A DNA stretch of 64,000 nucleotides, taken from assembly GCA_045651525.1 (NCBI GenBank), contig JAZRSO010000032.1, positions 73,748 to 137,747 on the forward strand. Reading direction: 5' to 3'. Shown in pieces: positions 44,853-53,990 of this stretch (positions within the stretch are counted from its first letter, which is position 1; every line of letters begins with the position of its first letter). The notes under the pieces were generated by a model. It did no database searches. It was not told where the DNA came from and saw only the letters and a program-made list of their open reading frames with translations. The position numbers and the translations under genes were made by a program. This DNA comes from Candidatus Enterousia sp. (GTDB lineage Bacteria; Pseudomonadota; Alphaproteobacteria; Rs-D84).

Positions 44853-45395
44853 ATGATACTTGATGAAATAGCCCCAGGTTCAATGCCACCAAAAAAAATG
44901 AATGCGATTATAGAGGTGGCCGAAGGTGGATATGTTAAATATGAAATTAACAAAGAAACTGGTTTGTTAAAGGCAGACAGGATTTTACATACGCCAATGG
45001 CATATCCTGCGAATTATGGTTATTTCCCAGGTACATTGGGTGATGATGGCGACCCATTGGATTGTGTGGTTGTTTGTAATGCGCCACTGCGCCCAGGTAT
45101 TTTGATTGAGGTTCGTCCAATTGGTGCCTTGCTGATGGAAGATCAGGCCGGTGGCGATGAAAAAATTATTTGTGTTCCACGCGACAAGGTTGATCCATTC
45201 TATACTGATACAGAATTTGTTGAACAGTTGCCTGCAATTCTGCGTTCCAAGATAAAATATTTCTTTCAGCATTACAAAGACTTGCAGCCACATGCCTGGT
45301 CCAAGGTTATTGGCTGGGCAGACAGGGAAACGGCAGATAAATTGATTATGGACAGTATTGACAGATATTGGGCAAATAAACGAAAAGCGCAATAA
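44853..45395 (+). CDS. ppa: inorganic pyrophosphatase (family I)
   Basis: 180 aa with NYGYFPGTLGDDGDPLDCVV and KVIGW motifs. Confidence 0.92.
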   Translation: MILDEIAPGSMPPKKMNAIIEVAEGGYVKYEINKETGLLKADRILHTPMAYPANYGYFPGTLGDDGDPLDCVVVCNAPLRPGILIEVRPIGALLMEDQAGGDEKIICVPRDKVDPFYTDTEFVEQLPAILRSKIKYFFQHYKDLQPHAWSKVIGWADRETADKLIMDSIDRYWANKRKAQ

Positions 45396-45465
45396 AAAGT
45401 GCTTGCGTTGAATTTGTTCGTTCGTATAATCAAACAGTTAAATTATAAACCAAGGGGTATTTATT

Positions 45466-46035
45466 ATGGCATCTTATATCGCAAATGATATGCGTGTGGG
45501 TTGGGTGATTTCACATAACGGAAAACGTTATTCTGTTACATCGATTACCAAGGTTAAACCAGGCAAGGGTGGTGCATTTGTTCAGGCAGACCTGCGTGAT
45601 ATTGATTCTGGTAACAAAGGTGGCGACCGCTGGCGCGCAGAAGACAAGGTTGAAAAACTGATGGTCGAAGATTTTGATTGTCAGTATCTGTATGCGGACG
45701 GCACAGATGCGTTCTTTATGAATTTGTCTGATTATGAACAGTTTACAATGCCTGTTGATTCATTGGGTGAATCTATGAAATTCTTGGCGCCAGAAATGAT
45801 TGTAAAGGCAAACTTTGTCGAAGGTCAGCCAGTATCGATTTCATTGCCAAAAACAGTAATTGCAATCGTTGAAGAAACAGAACCTGCCTTAAAGGGTCAA
45901 ACTGTATCATCCAGTGGTGGCAAACCTGCGATTTTGGACAACGGCGTTCGTGTTCAAGTTCCATTATTTATCGAACAAGGCGAAAAGATTGTGGTAAATA
46001 CTGAAACCCTAGAATACGTCGAACGGGCAAAATAA
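45466..46035 (+). CDS. efp: elongation factor P
   Basis: 189 aa with the VKPGKGGAFVQ loop and a typical three-domain length. Confidence 0.92.
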   Translation: MASYIANDMRVGWVISHNGKRYSVTSITKVKPGKGGAFVQADLRDIDSGNKGGDRWRAEDKVEKLMVEDFDCQYLYADGTDAFFMNLSDYEQFTMPVDSLGESMKFLAPEMIVKANFVEGQPVSISLPKTVIAIVEETEPALKGQTVSSSGGKPAILDNGVRVQVPLFIEQGEKIVVNTETLEYVERAK

Positions 46036-46048
46036 AATCTAATGGCAT

Positions 46049-46226
46049 ATCTAAAGCGGGTTGGCAATGGCTCATGTAACTTTTGTACACTACGCCATTT
46101 CCAACTCGTTTATCTATACCATTATCTTTTATTTTTTACGCTAATCACGGACAGGGGATGGCTCTTATAACTTTTGTACACTACGATTCCCGATTTGTTT
46201 TTATCTAAATCATTCTAATTTATTTT
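46049..46226. repeat. cluster B of dispersed hairpin-repeat units (2 tandem units)
   Basis: Unit B1 has the stem gttggcaatggc/gccatttccaac (one mismatch) around tcatgtaacttttgtacactac. Unit B2 has the core tcttataacttttgtacactac plus a 42-nt arm and tail identical to 27634-27675. The cluster overlaps the fba stop codon. Confidence 0.9.
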
Positions 46227-47182
46227 GCTTGTTTGTTGTCGGCTAATTTATTGTCAGAACCCATAATGCTTTTTATTTCATCAATGCATGTTTGGGTTAC
46301 GGAAATTTGTGCCTCTCTTAAATAATCGCGTGGGTTAAAGTTGTTTGGATTTTGTGCCAATGACTTGCGAATACCGGCAGTGAACGCCAAACGCAGGTCG
46401 CTGTCCACATTGATTTTACATATATTTAATTTTGTTGCGCGACGCAGTTGTATTTCGTCGATACCCAGTGCGTTTGATATTTTTCCGCCAAATTCATTTA
46501 TTGTGCTAATCAATTTTTGTGGGATGTTTGAAGCACCGTGTAATACCAATGGAAATCCAGGCAGGCGGGTTGCAATATCTGCCAAGATGTCAAATCGTAA
46601 TTCTTCGGTTGTGGCTTTGCGTTTATAGGCGCCGTGGCTGGTTCCGATGGCGACGGCCAATGAATCGATATTTGTTTCGGTCACAAATTTTTCAACGTCT
46701 GCTGGGTTTGTGTATCCGATTGTGCCGAATGTGTTTTCGTCTTCGATTCCGCCCAGGGTTCCCAGTTCTGCCTCTACCGAAACATTGTGTTTGTGGGCAA
46801 GTTCTGCGACATTTTTGGAAATTTTTATATTTTCATCAAAAGGCATTTTGCTGGCGTCAATCATAACTGATGAAAATCCGATTTCGATTGCAGTCTTGCA
46901 TATTTCGATATTTGAACCGTGGTCCAGATGCAGGGCGATTTGTTCGTGTGGCTGAATGTTTGCGCCGCGTATCATGCCAATCAGCATATCTGGTCCCATG
47001 TATTTTAATGCAGATTCTGATACCGCCAGAATTACAGGACTGTGTGTTTCGCGTGCGGCATTTAGTATTGCGTTTAATGTTTCCATATTATAAAAGTTAA
47101 ATGCGGGTATGGCGTATCCACCAGTAATTGCATCGTGAAACATTTTATTTGTGTTTACCAATCCCAGTTCTGTATATTTCAT
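46220..47182 (-). CDS. fba: class II fructose-bisphosphate aldolase family protein
   Basis: About 320 aa with motifs LHLDHG, VMIDAS, GTSHGAYK and LVLHGAS. The ATG at 47182 has an aagga SD. The upstream TTG at 47203 is rejected. Confidence 0.88.
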   Translation of the reverse strand: MKYTELGLVNTNKMFHDAITGGYAIPAFNFYNMETLNAILNAARETHSPVILAVSESALKYMGPDMLIGMIRGANIQPHEQIALHLDHGSNIEICKTAIEIGFSSVMIDASKMPFDENIKISKNVAELAHKHNVSVEAELGTLGGIEDENTFGTIGYTNPADVEKFVTETNIDSLAVAIGTSHGAYKRKATTEELRFDILADIATRLPGFPLVLHGASNIPQKLISTINEFGGKISNALGIDEIQLRRATKLNICKINVDSDLRLAFTAGIRKSLAQNPNNFNPRDYLREAQISVTQTCIDEIKSIMGSDNKLADNKQAK

Positions 47183-47334
47183 TAGAATTTCCTTTTTAAA
47201 CAATTATAACATATTTTGTATATTTTTGTGTCAGTTTTTTATTGGGTTTTCTTGACAATCGGTCAAAATTTGCAACAATTGTTACGAATCGGGGGCCGGA
47301 CAGAGAAAACGGTAATTTTACAAAGGGTAGAAAA

Positions 47335-47682
47335 ATGAAAAAAACTTTGTTTGTATTATTCGGTTTGGTTGTTTTGGCCGGCTGTTCTTCTTATGATTAT
47401 TACAAGGGTGACGTTCGTTATGTTCAAGATGGCGAAGATTGTATCTTTACATCAACAGAGGCAGGTCGTCGTTATTCAAGTGATATCAGCGAATTAGACA
47501 CAGATAAAGAAATTGTTTATCGCAACACAATGTGCCGTGATTTGTACTTGAACGACGTTGCAGGACAAATTCAACGCACAGAACGTCAGGTTTTGACAAC
47601 TGTTGCGCCAAAGGCAGTGGTTAAATCAGATTGTGGTTGCTGTCAAAAAAAGACAACAAAAAAATATGTTTTTGTAAAATAA
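47335..47682 (+). CDS. small lipoprotein, function unknown
   Basis: The ATG at 47335 gives MKKTLFVLFGLVVLAGCSS (lipobox). 115 aa. A strong terminator follows. Confidence 0.6.
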   Translation: MKKTLFVLFGLVVLAGCSSYDYYKGDVRYVQDGEDCIFTSTEAGRRYSSDISELDTDKEIVYRNTMCRDLYLNDVAGQIQRTERQVLTTVAPKAVVKSDCGCCQKKTTKKYVFVK

Positions 47683-47688
47683 AAATAT

Positions 47689-47711
47689 CCCGCCAATTGG
47701 CGGGTTTTTTA
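47689..47711 (+). terminator. rho-independent terminator
   Basis: cccgcc-aatt-ggcggg followed by tttttt. Confidence 0.85.
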
Positions 47712-47766
47712 TTTGAATCGTTTGTGTTTTTGTGGTAAAATACAAGAAAAGGAAAAGGGGTTTAAT

Positions 47767-48120
47767 ATGAAAAAAATTATGAACAAGGCAAATTTTGCAA
47801 TTATTGGTTTGATGGCATCAATGGCACCTGCGATGGCGGCTGCAAATATTGACGGTGGTTTGTGCAAGTTAGTTACAGAATTGGGGGGCTTGCTGAAAAC
47901 ATTACGTACATTGGCATTTATTGGTGCGGGTTTCTTGATTGCACAATGGGCATGGGAATTTATCGCAAGCCCAGATAAAGTGAAACTGGATACTTTTAAA
48001 CAAAAAGGCGTTGGTATGTTGGTTGGTTTTGTGCTGTTGTTTGGTATCGGTACAGTAATCAGTTTCTTGATAAGTGTTGCGGGTGATGCAGGTTGTGATT
48101 TTTCAACATGGAATGGATAA
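47767..48120 (+). CDS. VirB2/TrbC-like T4SS pilin-type small membrane protein (tentative)
   Basis: 117 aa. A signal peptide ends in PAMAA. The mature part has a Cys followed by two hydrophobic helices (LRTLAFIGAGFLIAQWAW and GVGMLVGFVLLFGIGTVISFLI) separated by a charged loop. Confidence 0.4.
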   Translation: MKKIMNKANFAIIGLMASMAPAMAAANIDGGLCKLVTELGGLLKTLRTLAFIGAGFLIAQWAWEFIASPDKVKLDTFKQKGVGMLVGFVLLFGIGTVISFLISVAGDAGCDFSTWNG

Positions 48121-48147
48121 AAAATCCGGCAATGCCGGATTTTTTTA
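48119..48147. terminator. bidirectional rho-independent terminator
   Basis: aaaaaatccggc-aat-gccggattttttt. Confidence 0.85.
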
Positions 48148-49071
48148 TCTTATATTTTGAATTGAATATTTTTGTATAAATTCTTGTTCTGTGTTTTGCA
48201 GTTCTTTTTTTACATTATCGATGTGTGTGGTTTTTATGTCTTGTTCTGGGCGTCTGCCAGTTTTGTTTATCATATCAACGCGTTCGTTAAATAATTCGTT
48301 GCACAATATTTCGTTAAATCTGATGTGTGTTTTGTTTGTTCTTTCTTCGTTGTTGAATAATATAAATGCGCGGTACAGTGCCGCGATGCGTGCGTGTAAT
48401 GTATGTCTGCCCATATAATTTGCGATTGGATCATTTTTTTTGTGTGGTATATGGTATGTTTCTTTGATTTCGTCGCTTGTCATGCCGTTGAATAGTGCGA
48501 TTGAAGTAGAGGTGTAAAATTCTTTGTATCCAGCGTGCAGGCTGGCCAAGATTTTGTGTAACTTTTTTTCTGCGTCGGCTAAATCTTGGCGTGGGCCAAT
48601 GCGGGCAAATTCAGATGCTGTGTCGTAAAGTGTATTGTAATCAATGTTGTTTGCAATTACAGGACTTAAGAAATAGGTTTGTGCAAACACATTGTTGCGA
48701 CTGTGTTTTAAAAGTGACCAGCATGCATAACGCGACAGTTTTAAATCGGTGGCATCTTTGTGTGTACGATAACCCAACTTGAATTCGTGGTGGATTTTAT
48801 CATAATGTTGCAGTTTAAAAGCGGGGGTATCGCAATCGTCCGGCAGTATCAGTTTTTCGCGTACGATGTCTTCCATACTTTTGTTTGTTGGAAATACTTG
48901 TCTTTTGTTTGTTGGAGATGCTTGTTCGTCAAAAATATTGTGCAAGTCGGAATACAGCCAATATTCGTGTGTCAGATTGGTTGGTGTTTCTTGAAATAAA
49001 CTGAGTTGTTGCCAGCGCGTGTCATGATGCCTTGTTTGGTTTAATTCGTGAAATATGTCTTTTGGGCTCAT
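48145..49071 (-). CDS. DinD-like (DNA-damage-inducible protein D family) protein
   Basis: 308 aa. LKLSRYACWSLLKHS...AQTYF and the later ANYMGRHTL.A pattern resemble E. coli DinD (LSRYACYLVVQNGD...GQTYF...LDHMGSTELAAN), as recalled from memory. Confidence 0.5.
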   Translation of the reverse strand: MSPKDIFHELNQTRHHDTRWQQLSLFQETPTNLTHEYWLYSDLHNIFDEQASPTNKRQVFPTNKSMEDIVREKLILPDDCDTPAFKLQHYDKIHHEFKLGYRTHKDATDLKLSRYACWSLLKHSRNNVFAQTYFLSPVIANNIDYNTLYDTASEFARIGPRQDLADAEKKLHKILASLHAGYKEFYTSTSIALFNGMTSDEIKETYHIPHKKNDPIANYMGRHTLHARIAALYRAFILFNNEERTNKTHIRFNEILCNELFNERVDMINKTGRRPEQDIKTTHIDNVKKELQNTEQEFIQKYSIQNIR

Positions 49072-49102
49072 GATGCGTATCCTTTCTTTGTGTGGGGATT
49101 GC

Positions 49103-49327
49103 TTATTTTTTGTCTTCGATATTTGCCAGCGAGAATAATACAGATGATATTAGTGATTGATATGGAACATGCTGAGCGTCAGCCAGTTCTTTTATCTTGT
49201 CCAAAACAGGGCGGGGGATGCGCATATTGATTACGCAGTCAGACTTGTTAAATGCCTTGTATGCGGCATATTCACGCAGCAATGATTCGATGTTCATTAC
49301 AAATAATTGTTGCATAACATTTGGCAT
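49103..49327 (-). CDS. BrnA-like ribbon-helix-helix (CopG-type) antitoxin-family protein
   Basis: 74 aa. INMRIPRPVLDKIKELADAQHVPYQSLISSVL matches the BrnA pattern (i.iRl....l...K..A...G.pYQtLI..vL). An SD aggag is present. Confidence 0.5.
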   Translation of the reverse strand: MPNVMQQLFVMNIESLLREYAAYKAFNKSDCVINMRIPRPVLDKIKELADAQHVPYQSLISSVLFSLANIEDKK

Positions 49328-49371
49328 TACAAACTCCTATACTTTATACAATACCGCAGTCTTTACAAGGA

Positions 49372-49399
49372 ACTATACCATTGTATTTACAATTGTCAA
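49372..49399 (-). promoter_or_regulatory. sigma-70-type promoter for the BrnA-like/DinD-like pair
   Basis: The minus strand reads TTGACA-N16-TATAGT about 45 nt upstream of the ATG. Confidence 0.55.
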
Positions 49400-49422
49400 T
49401 ACAAATATATTTACAGTTGTAA
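49387..49422. promoter_or_regulatory. two palindromic operator-like sites TTACA(A/G)TTGT(C/A)A
   Basis: ttacaattgtca lies at 49387-49398, overlapping the -35 element. ttacagttgtaa lies at 49411-49422. The sites are 24 bp apart centre to centre. Confidence 0.4.
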
Positions 49423-49461
49423 TGGCGGTTGTGTTGCTGTTTGTGTTGATGGTTGTGTGGC

Positions 49462-49490
49462 TTGCAATTTGAAATTTATCTGTTTAAAAT
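49462..49490 (+). promoter_or_regulatory. sigma-70-type promoter for tolB
   Basis: TTGCAA-N17-TAAAAT about 30 nt upstream of the tolB ATG. Confidence 0.4.
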
Positions 49491-49521
49491 TGCATAAGAA
49501 TAAACAAGGAAAGGTTTTATA

Positions 49522-50841
49522 ATGCTTAGAAAATTGTTGTCTTTGGTCATTGCGTGTGCGCTGTTTGTATTGCCTGCACATGCGGTGTTAAAGGTTGATA
49601 TTGTTGCTGGTGGTACATCGCCAATCAGTGTGGCTGTATTAAAATTTGAAACCACAGACGGTGTTAAGACATCTGATGCCGCCATGATACGCGAAGTGGT
49701 CGAAGCGGATTTAAAACGCACAGGTTTGTTTCATATTGTATCGCATGACGCGTTGCCAGAATATGTCAAGATGGGCGATATGCCAAACTTTAAATCTTGG
49801 CAGGCGGTAAAAGCACAGGTCTTGGTTCAGGCAAAATTGTCTGCGCAATCCAAGAATGATTATAAGCTGGAATTCTTTGTTTGGGATGTTAATGGTAAAG
49901 AGCAGATAGAAGCACAGTCCCTGGTCGCATCGCGTAAGTCTGCACGTCGTTTGGCACATATTATGGCAGATGCGATTTATGAACGGCTAACGGGCGAAGT
50001 CGGTTATTTTGATACCCAGATTGTGTTTATTGCAGAAACAGGTCCAATTGGTAATCGGGTTAAACGTATGGCGATTATGGATCAAGACGGTTATGGTATG
50101 CGTTATATGTCTGACAAAGACAGCTTTGTTATGTCGCCACACTTTTCGCCAAATATGGGAACGATTGTATTCTTGTCTTATTATAATGATGACCCCAGTG
50201 TTTGGACATTGGATTTAGAAACCGGTGAGCAAAGAAAGCTGGGGCAGTTTGGTGGTATGAACTTTGCACCACGTTTTTCGCCAGATGGTACAAAAATCGC
50301 ATTGTCTTTGGTAAAAAATGGCATAACACATATATATGAATACGATATTGAAACGCAAAAATTGCGCCAGTTGACATTTGGAAACTCTATTAATACCAGT
50401 CCGTCTTATTCCCCAGACGGCAAAAAAATGGCGTTTAATTCTGACAGAACAGGGCGCCAGCAAATCCATGTTCTGGATTTGGAAACTGGCGAAGAAAAAC
50501 GTATTACATATGGAAACGGCAAATATGCCACCCCGGCATGGAGTCCTGATGGTCAATTTATCGCATTTACAAAAATGGCAGACGATACTTTCTATATCGG
50601 TATTATGAATCCACAGGGCAGGAATGAAAAAATCTTGGCCGGTGGCTGGTTTATGGAGGCACCATCGTGGGCGCCCGGATCACGTCGCTTGGTTTATTAT
50701 GAAACAGAACGTCATTCAGATGATATTGAGCGTATCAGTCATATTCGCAGTATTGATATTACCGGTCAAAATCTTTATGACATTGAATTAGATGGTGATA
50801 TAAACGGGTTGGAACCGACATGGTCGCCACGATTGCCGTAA
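49522..50841 (+). CDS. tolB: Tol-Pal system beta-propeller protein TolB
   Basis: 439 aa. A signal peptide is followed by repeated propeller motifs (SPDG.K.AF......G...I). Confidence 0.92.
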   Translation: MLRKLLSLVIACALFVLPAHAVLKVDIVAGGTSPISVAVLKFETTDGVKTSDAAMIREVVEADLKRTGLFHIVSHDALPEYVKMGDMPNFKSWQAVKAQVLVQAKLSAQSKNDYKLEFFVWDVNGKEQIEAQSLVASRKSARRLAHIMADAIYERLTGEVGYFDTQIVFIAETGPIGNRVKRMAIMDQDGYGMRYMSDKDSFVMSPHFSPNMGTIVFLSYYNDDPSVWTLDLETGEQRKLGQFGGMNFAPRFSPDGTKIALSLVKNGITHIYEYDIETQKLRQLTFGNSINTSPSYSPDGKKMAFNSDRTGRQQIHVLDLETGEEKRITYGNGKYATPAWSPDGQFIAFTKMADDTFYIGIMNPQGRNEKILAGGWFMEAPSWAPGSRRLVYYETERHSDDIERISHIRSIDITGQNLYDIELDGDINGLEPTWSPRLP

Positions 50842-50866
50842 ATATATGAAAATATTTAAAATAAAA

Positions 50867-50892
50867 AAGGCACAGGAATTGTGTCTTTTTTT
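50867..50892 (+). terminator. rho-independent terminator
   Basis: aaggcaca-ggaat-tgtgtctt followed by ttttt. Confidence 0.7.
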
Positions 50893-51035
50893 AATCTCTT
50901 ATTTTTGATACAATCATTATATAAGAAAAAAAGGAAAAATCAAGCACAAAAAATTTAATTTCGTCAATTTTTTGTATTGAAATAAGTTATTGAAATCAGT
51001 ATATATTGCCATGTAACAATAAAATAGGGGGTCTT

Positions 51036-52835
51036 ATGTTCAGAAAAGTACATAAAAAGCAAAATAATGGTGTGTTAGATTCGTATAACTTTCCAAAAAC
51101 GTTGTTCGGGTTTTATTGGCTGGTGATAAAAAAGTTCCCGTGGTTCTTTGGTACTTTGTTTGTATGTGGAACGCTAACCCATGTTCTGCAAATGGTTTTT
51201 GGACCATTGACGTCTAAATGGATGATAGAAATATTTGAAAGTACTGCTAATACAAATTGGAATCATGTCATTGGTGTATTTGTGTTGTTGGCAGGTATGT
51301 ATTTCTTTAACGTGTTGTTGAATTTTATTTCGTCTTTTGTGCGTGGCAGCTATCAGCAATATGTAAATAGATACAAGTTATATGTATTGTATAAACGTGT
51401 TTATGACAATGATATTTCGTTCTTTGTTGATAATCCTGGTGGACAAATCGCATCACTTGTTACCCAGGTATCAATGCGTTTGAATTTCTTGGCCGAAGAA
51501 TTCTGGGTGTCAATGGTTGGAACGATTATCGGTTTTATGCTTGTTGTTGGTGCAATGTTCACAATGAATGTTTGGTTTGTGGTGATTCTAGGGCTGTATG
51601 GCGCAATCAAGGTTGCTTGGGAATGGTTTATGAATAAAAAATTGAAAGTCAACAATGAACAGTTGATGGATGAAAGTGCCAAGTATTCTGGTATGCGCAG
51701 CGATAGTATAAACAATGCGTTAAGTGTTAAATATTTTGCAAATACAGAATATGAAAATCGTTATATCTATAATGGACGAAGTAACATGATAAAACTGAGT
51801 CAATATAATCATTTTTTAGACAGATGCCAATGGATGCCAACGACCATATTGTGGAATGTTGTGCGATTAGGTATGTTGGTATTGTGTTTCTTGTTTATCA
51901 AGGACGGTGTATTGGTGATATCTGATGCTGTGTTTGTTATGTCGTCGGCATTGGTTATCAACAATTCGTTTGATAAATTAAATGGATTGATGCGCAGATA
52001 TTCAGTTCAGCGGGCAACGGCACAAAAGGCATATGATATTGTTATTGCAGATAAATTGGTCACAGATAAAAATAGTGCCAAAAAACTGAAAATAAAAGAT
52101 GCACAAATTGTCTTTGATGGGGTAGATTTCGGTTATGGTGACAAGGCCGTGTTGAAAAAGTTTAATCTGAATATTGAAAATGGTGAAAAGGTCGGTATTG
52201 TCGGATTGTCTGGGGCAGGTAAAACAACATTGGTAAACCTGTTGTTGCGTATGTATGACGTAGATGGCGGGGCAATAAAAATAAATGGTATTGATATTCG
52301 TGATGTAACCCAGGATTCTTTGCGAAAAAATATATCGTTTGTTCCCCAGGAATCGACACTGTTTAATCGCAGTATTTTGGAAAATATTCGATATGCACGT
52401 CCAGGTGCATCAAAGGCAGATGTTATTCGGGCTGCAAAGAAAGCCAATATTCACGAATTTATTATGTCCCAGCCCAATGGGTATAATACATTGGTTGGTA
52501 ATAACGGTATTAAATTATCTGGTGGCCAGCGTCAACGTGTATCAATTGCGCGCGCGTTGTTGAAAGATGCGCCAATATTGATGCTGGACGAGGCGACGTC
52601 TGCGCTGGATTCTGAAAACGAAATGCTGATTCAGAAATCGTTGCAACATGCAATGCGTGGTAAAACAGCGCTGGTTATTGCGCATCGATTGTCAACATTG
52701 CGAAATATGGACAGGATAGTCGTTATTAAAAATGGCAAAATTGTTGAAAGTGGTTCGCATAAACAACTGTTGCGTTCAGATGGCGCGTATCGTAAACTGT
52801 GGTATATGCAAACAGGGGGCGGTATTGGTGAATAA
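51036..52835 (+). CDS. ABC exporter, fused permease/ATPase (MsbA-like)
   Basis: About 599 aa with a six-TM N-half, Walker A GLSGAGKTT, signature LSGGQRQR and Walker B LMLDEATSALD. The ATG at 51036 has an aggggg SD. Confidence 0.85.
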   Translation: MFRKVHKKQNNGVLDSYNFPKTLFGFYWLVIKKFPWFFGTLFVCGTLTHVLQMVFGPLTSKWMIEIFESTANTNWNHVIGVFVLLAGMYFFNVLLNFISSFVRGSYQQYVNRYKLYVLYKRVYDNDISFFVDNPGGQIASLVTQVSMRLNFLAEEFWVSMVGTIIGFMLVVGAMFTMNVWFVVILGLYGAIKVAWEWFMNKKLKVNNEQLMDESAKYSGMRSDSINNALSVKYFANTEYENRYIYNGRSNMIKLSQYNHFLDRCQWMPTTILWNVVRLGMLVLCFLFIKDGVLVISDAVFVMSSALVINNSFDKLNGLMRRYSVQRATAQKAYDIVIADKLVTDKNSAKKLKIKDAQIVFDGVDFGYGDKAVLKKFNLNIENGEKVGIVGLSGAGKTTLVNLLLRMYDVDGGAIKINGIDIRDVTQDSLRKNISFVPQESTLFNRSILENIRYARPGASKADVIRAAKKANIHEFIMSQPNGYNTLVGNNGIKLSGGQRQRVSIARALLKDAPILMLDEATSALDSENEMLIQKSLQHAMRGKTALVIAHRLSTLRNMDRIVVIKNGKIVESGSHKQLLRSDGAYRKLWYMQTGGGIGE

Positions 52836-53238
52836 AATCTTGGGTGCGATATTTGGTGTGTCGTTGTCATATTCTGCGATGGCGGTGCCGGCGGTGGTGG
52901 ATTATGTCTTGGACGGTGATACATTTGCCGCAGGGGTCAAAATTGATGACGATATTACAATTACTGTTCGTGTGCGCGTGATAAATATTGATACGCCAGA
53001 ATTAAGTGGTGCGTGCCCGCGTGAGGTTGCCATGGCAGAATCTGCCAAAGATTTTGTCACTGATTTGTTGCCGGTTGGCGCGGTTGTTGAATTGCAAAAT
53101 ATCAAAGACGATAAATATCTGGGGCGAATTGATGCAAATGTCATATTGCCAGATGGTCGTGACTTGGGTAATGTTTTGATAAAACAAAAACTGGCACGCC
53201 CATATAATGGTGGTCGGCGTCTTGGATGGTGTGATTAA
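52828..53238 (+). CDS. secreted staphylococcal-nuclease-like (SNase/thermonuclease) protein
   Basis: A GTG start overlaps the ABC gene stop. Signal peptide VNKILGAIFGVSLSYSAMA. SNase motifs are present (VLDGDTF, VRVINIDTPE, D.YGR). Confidence 0.65.
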   Translation: MNKILGAIFGVSLSYSAMAVPAVVDYVLDGDTFAAGVKIDDDITITVRVRVINIDTPELSGACPREVAMAESAKDFVTDLLPVGAVVELQNIKDDKYLGRIDANVILPDGRDLGNVLIKQKLARPYNGGRRLGWCD

Positions 53239-53267
53239 AAAAAAAATCCCCATTTGGGGATTTTTTT
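53237..53267. terminator. bidirectional rho-independent terminator
   Basis: aaaaaaaaaatcccc-attt-ggggattttttt. Confidence 0.85.
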
Positions 53268-53973
53268 ATGCGCTGTGACGGTTGATTGCGTCACTAATTT
53301 CATCCAGTGATGCGTTGCATGGCAATAATGGTTCAAACCAAACGTTTGCAGTCCCAGAATGCATACGACCGTGTTTTGGCCAATACAGGCCTGCGTCTGT
53401 GCCAACTGGTAAAATTGGTAATTTTAATGTGTGTGCCAGTAATAACAGACCGCGTTTTAATGGAATTTTTTGCCCAGGCTTTGCACGCGTGCCTTCGGGG
53501 AATATAACCAATGTATATCCATCCAAGACGCGTTTTTCAACATCTTCTGCCAGTTTTTTCATATTTGTTTTGCCGCGTGCGCGGTTTACACCCAACATTC
53601 CACAACGCCAAAATGCCCAGCCGTAAATTGGTATCCACAGTAATTCTCGTTTCATAATAAAGAATGTATTCGGCATGACTTTCGAAATGGCGGCTATTTC
53701 TAATATGGACATATGCTTTGCTGCGACAATACATTTGCCGTCAATTCGTTTGTTCCCGTTTGGCAAGTTTGGAATACCGTTTTCTTCGGTTGCAGGATAG
53801 TGGACTTTATATTTTATTCCACAAATAAGACGTGCGACCAATAATACACCTGCTGCGTCTGCAAATACGAATTTGCGCGATAGTTTTTTTGATACCAGTC
53901 CAATCAGCAACAATGGCGACCATGCGGTAAAATAAAGCCCTAGTACGATTTTAAAAATAACAGTTCTGAACAT
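53266..53973 (-). CDS. plsC: 1-acyl-sn-glycerol-3-phosphate acyltransferase
   Basis: The ATG at 53973 has an aaggaag SD. The HX4D-like block reads AAKHMSILE and FPEGTR is present. Confidence 0.8.
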   Translation of the reverse strand: MFRTVIFKIVLGLYFTAWSPLLLIGLVSKKLSRKFVFADAAGVLLVARLICGIKYKVHYPATEENGIPNLPNGNKRIDGKCIVAAKHMSILEIAAISKVMPNTFFIMKRELLWIPIYGWAFWRCGMLGVNRARGKTNMKKLAEDVEKRVLDGYTLVIFPEGTRAKPGQKIPLKRGLLLLAHTLKLPILPVGTDAGLYWPKHGRMHSGTANVWFEPLLPCNASLDEISDAINRHSA

Positions 53974-53990
53974 GTGTTTCTTCCTTTTGT

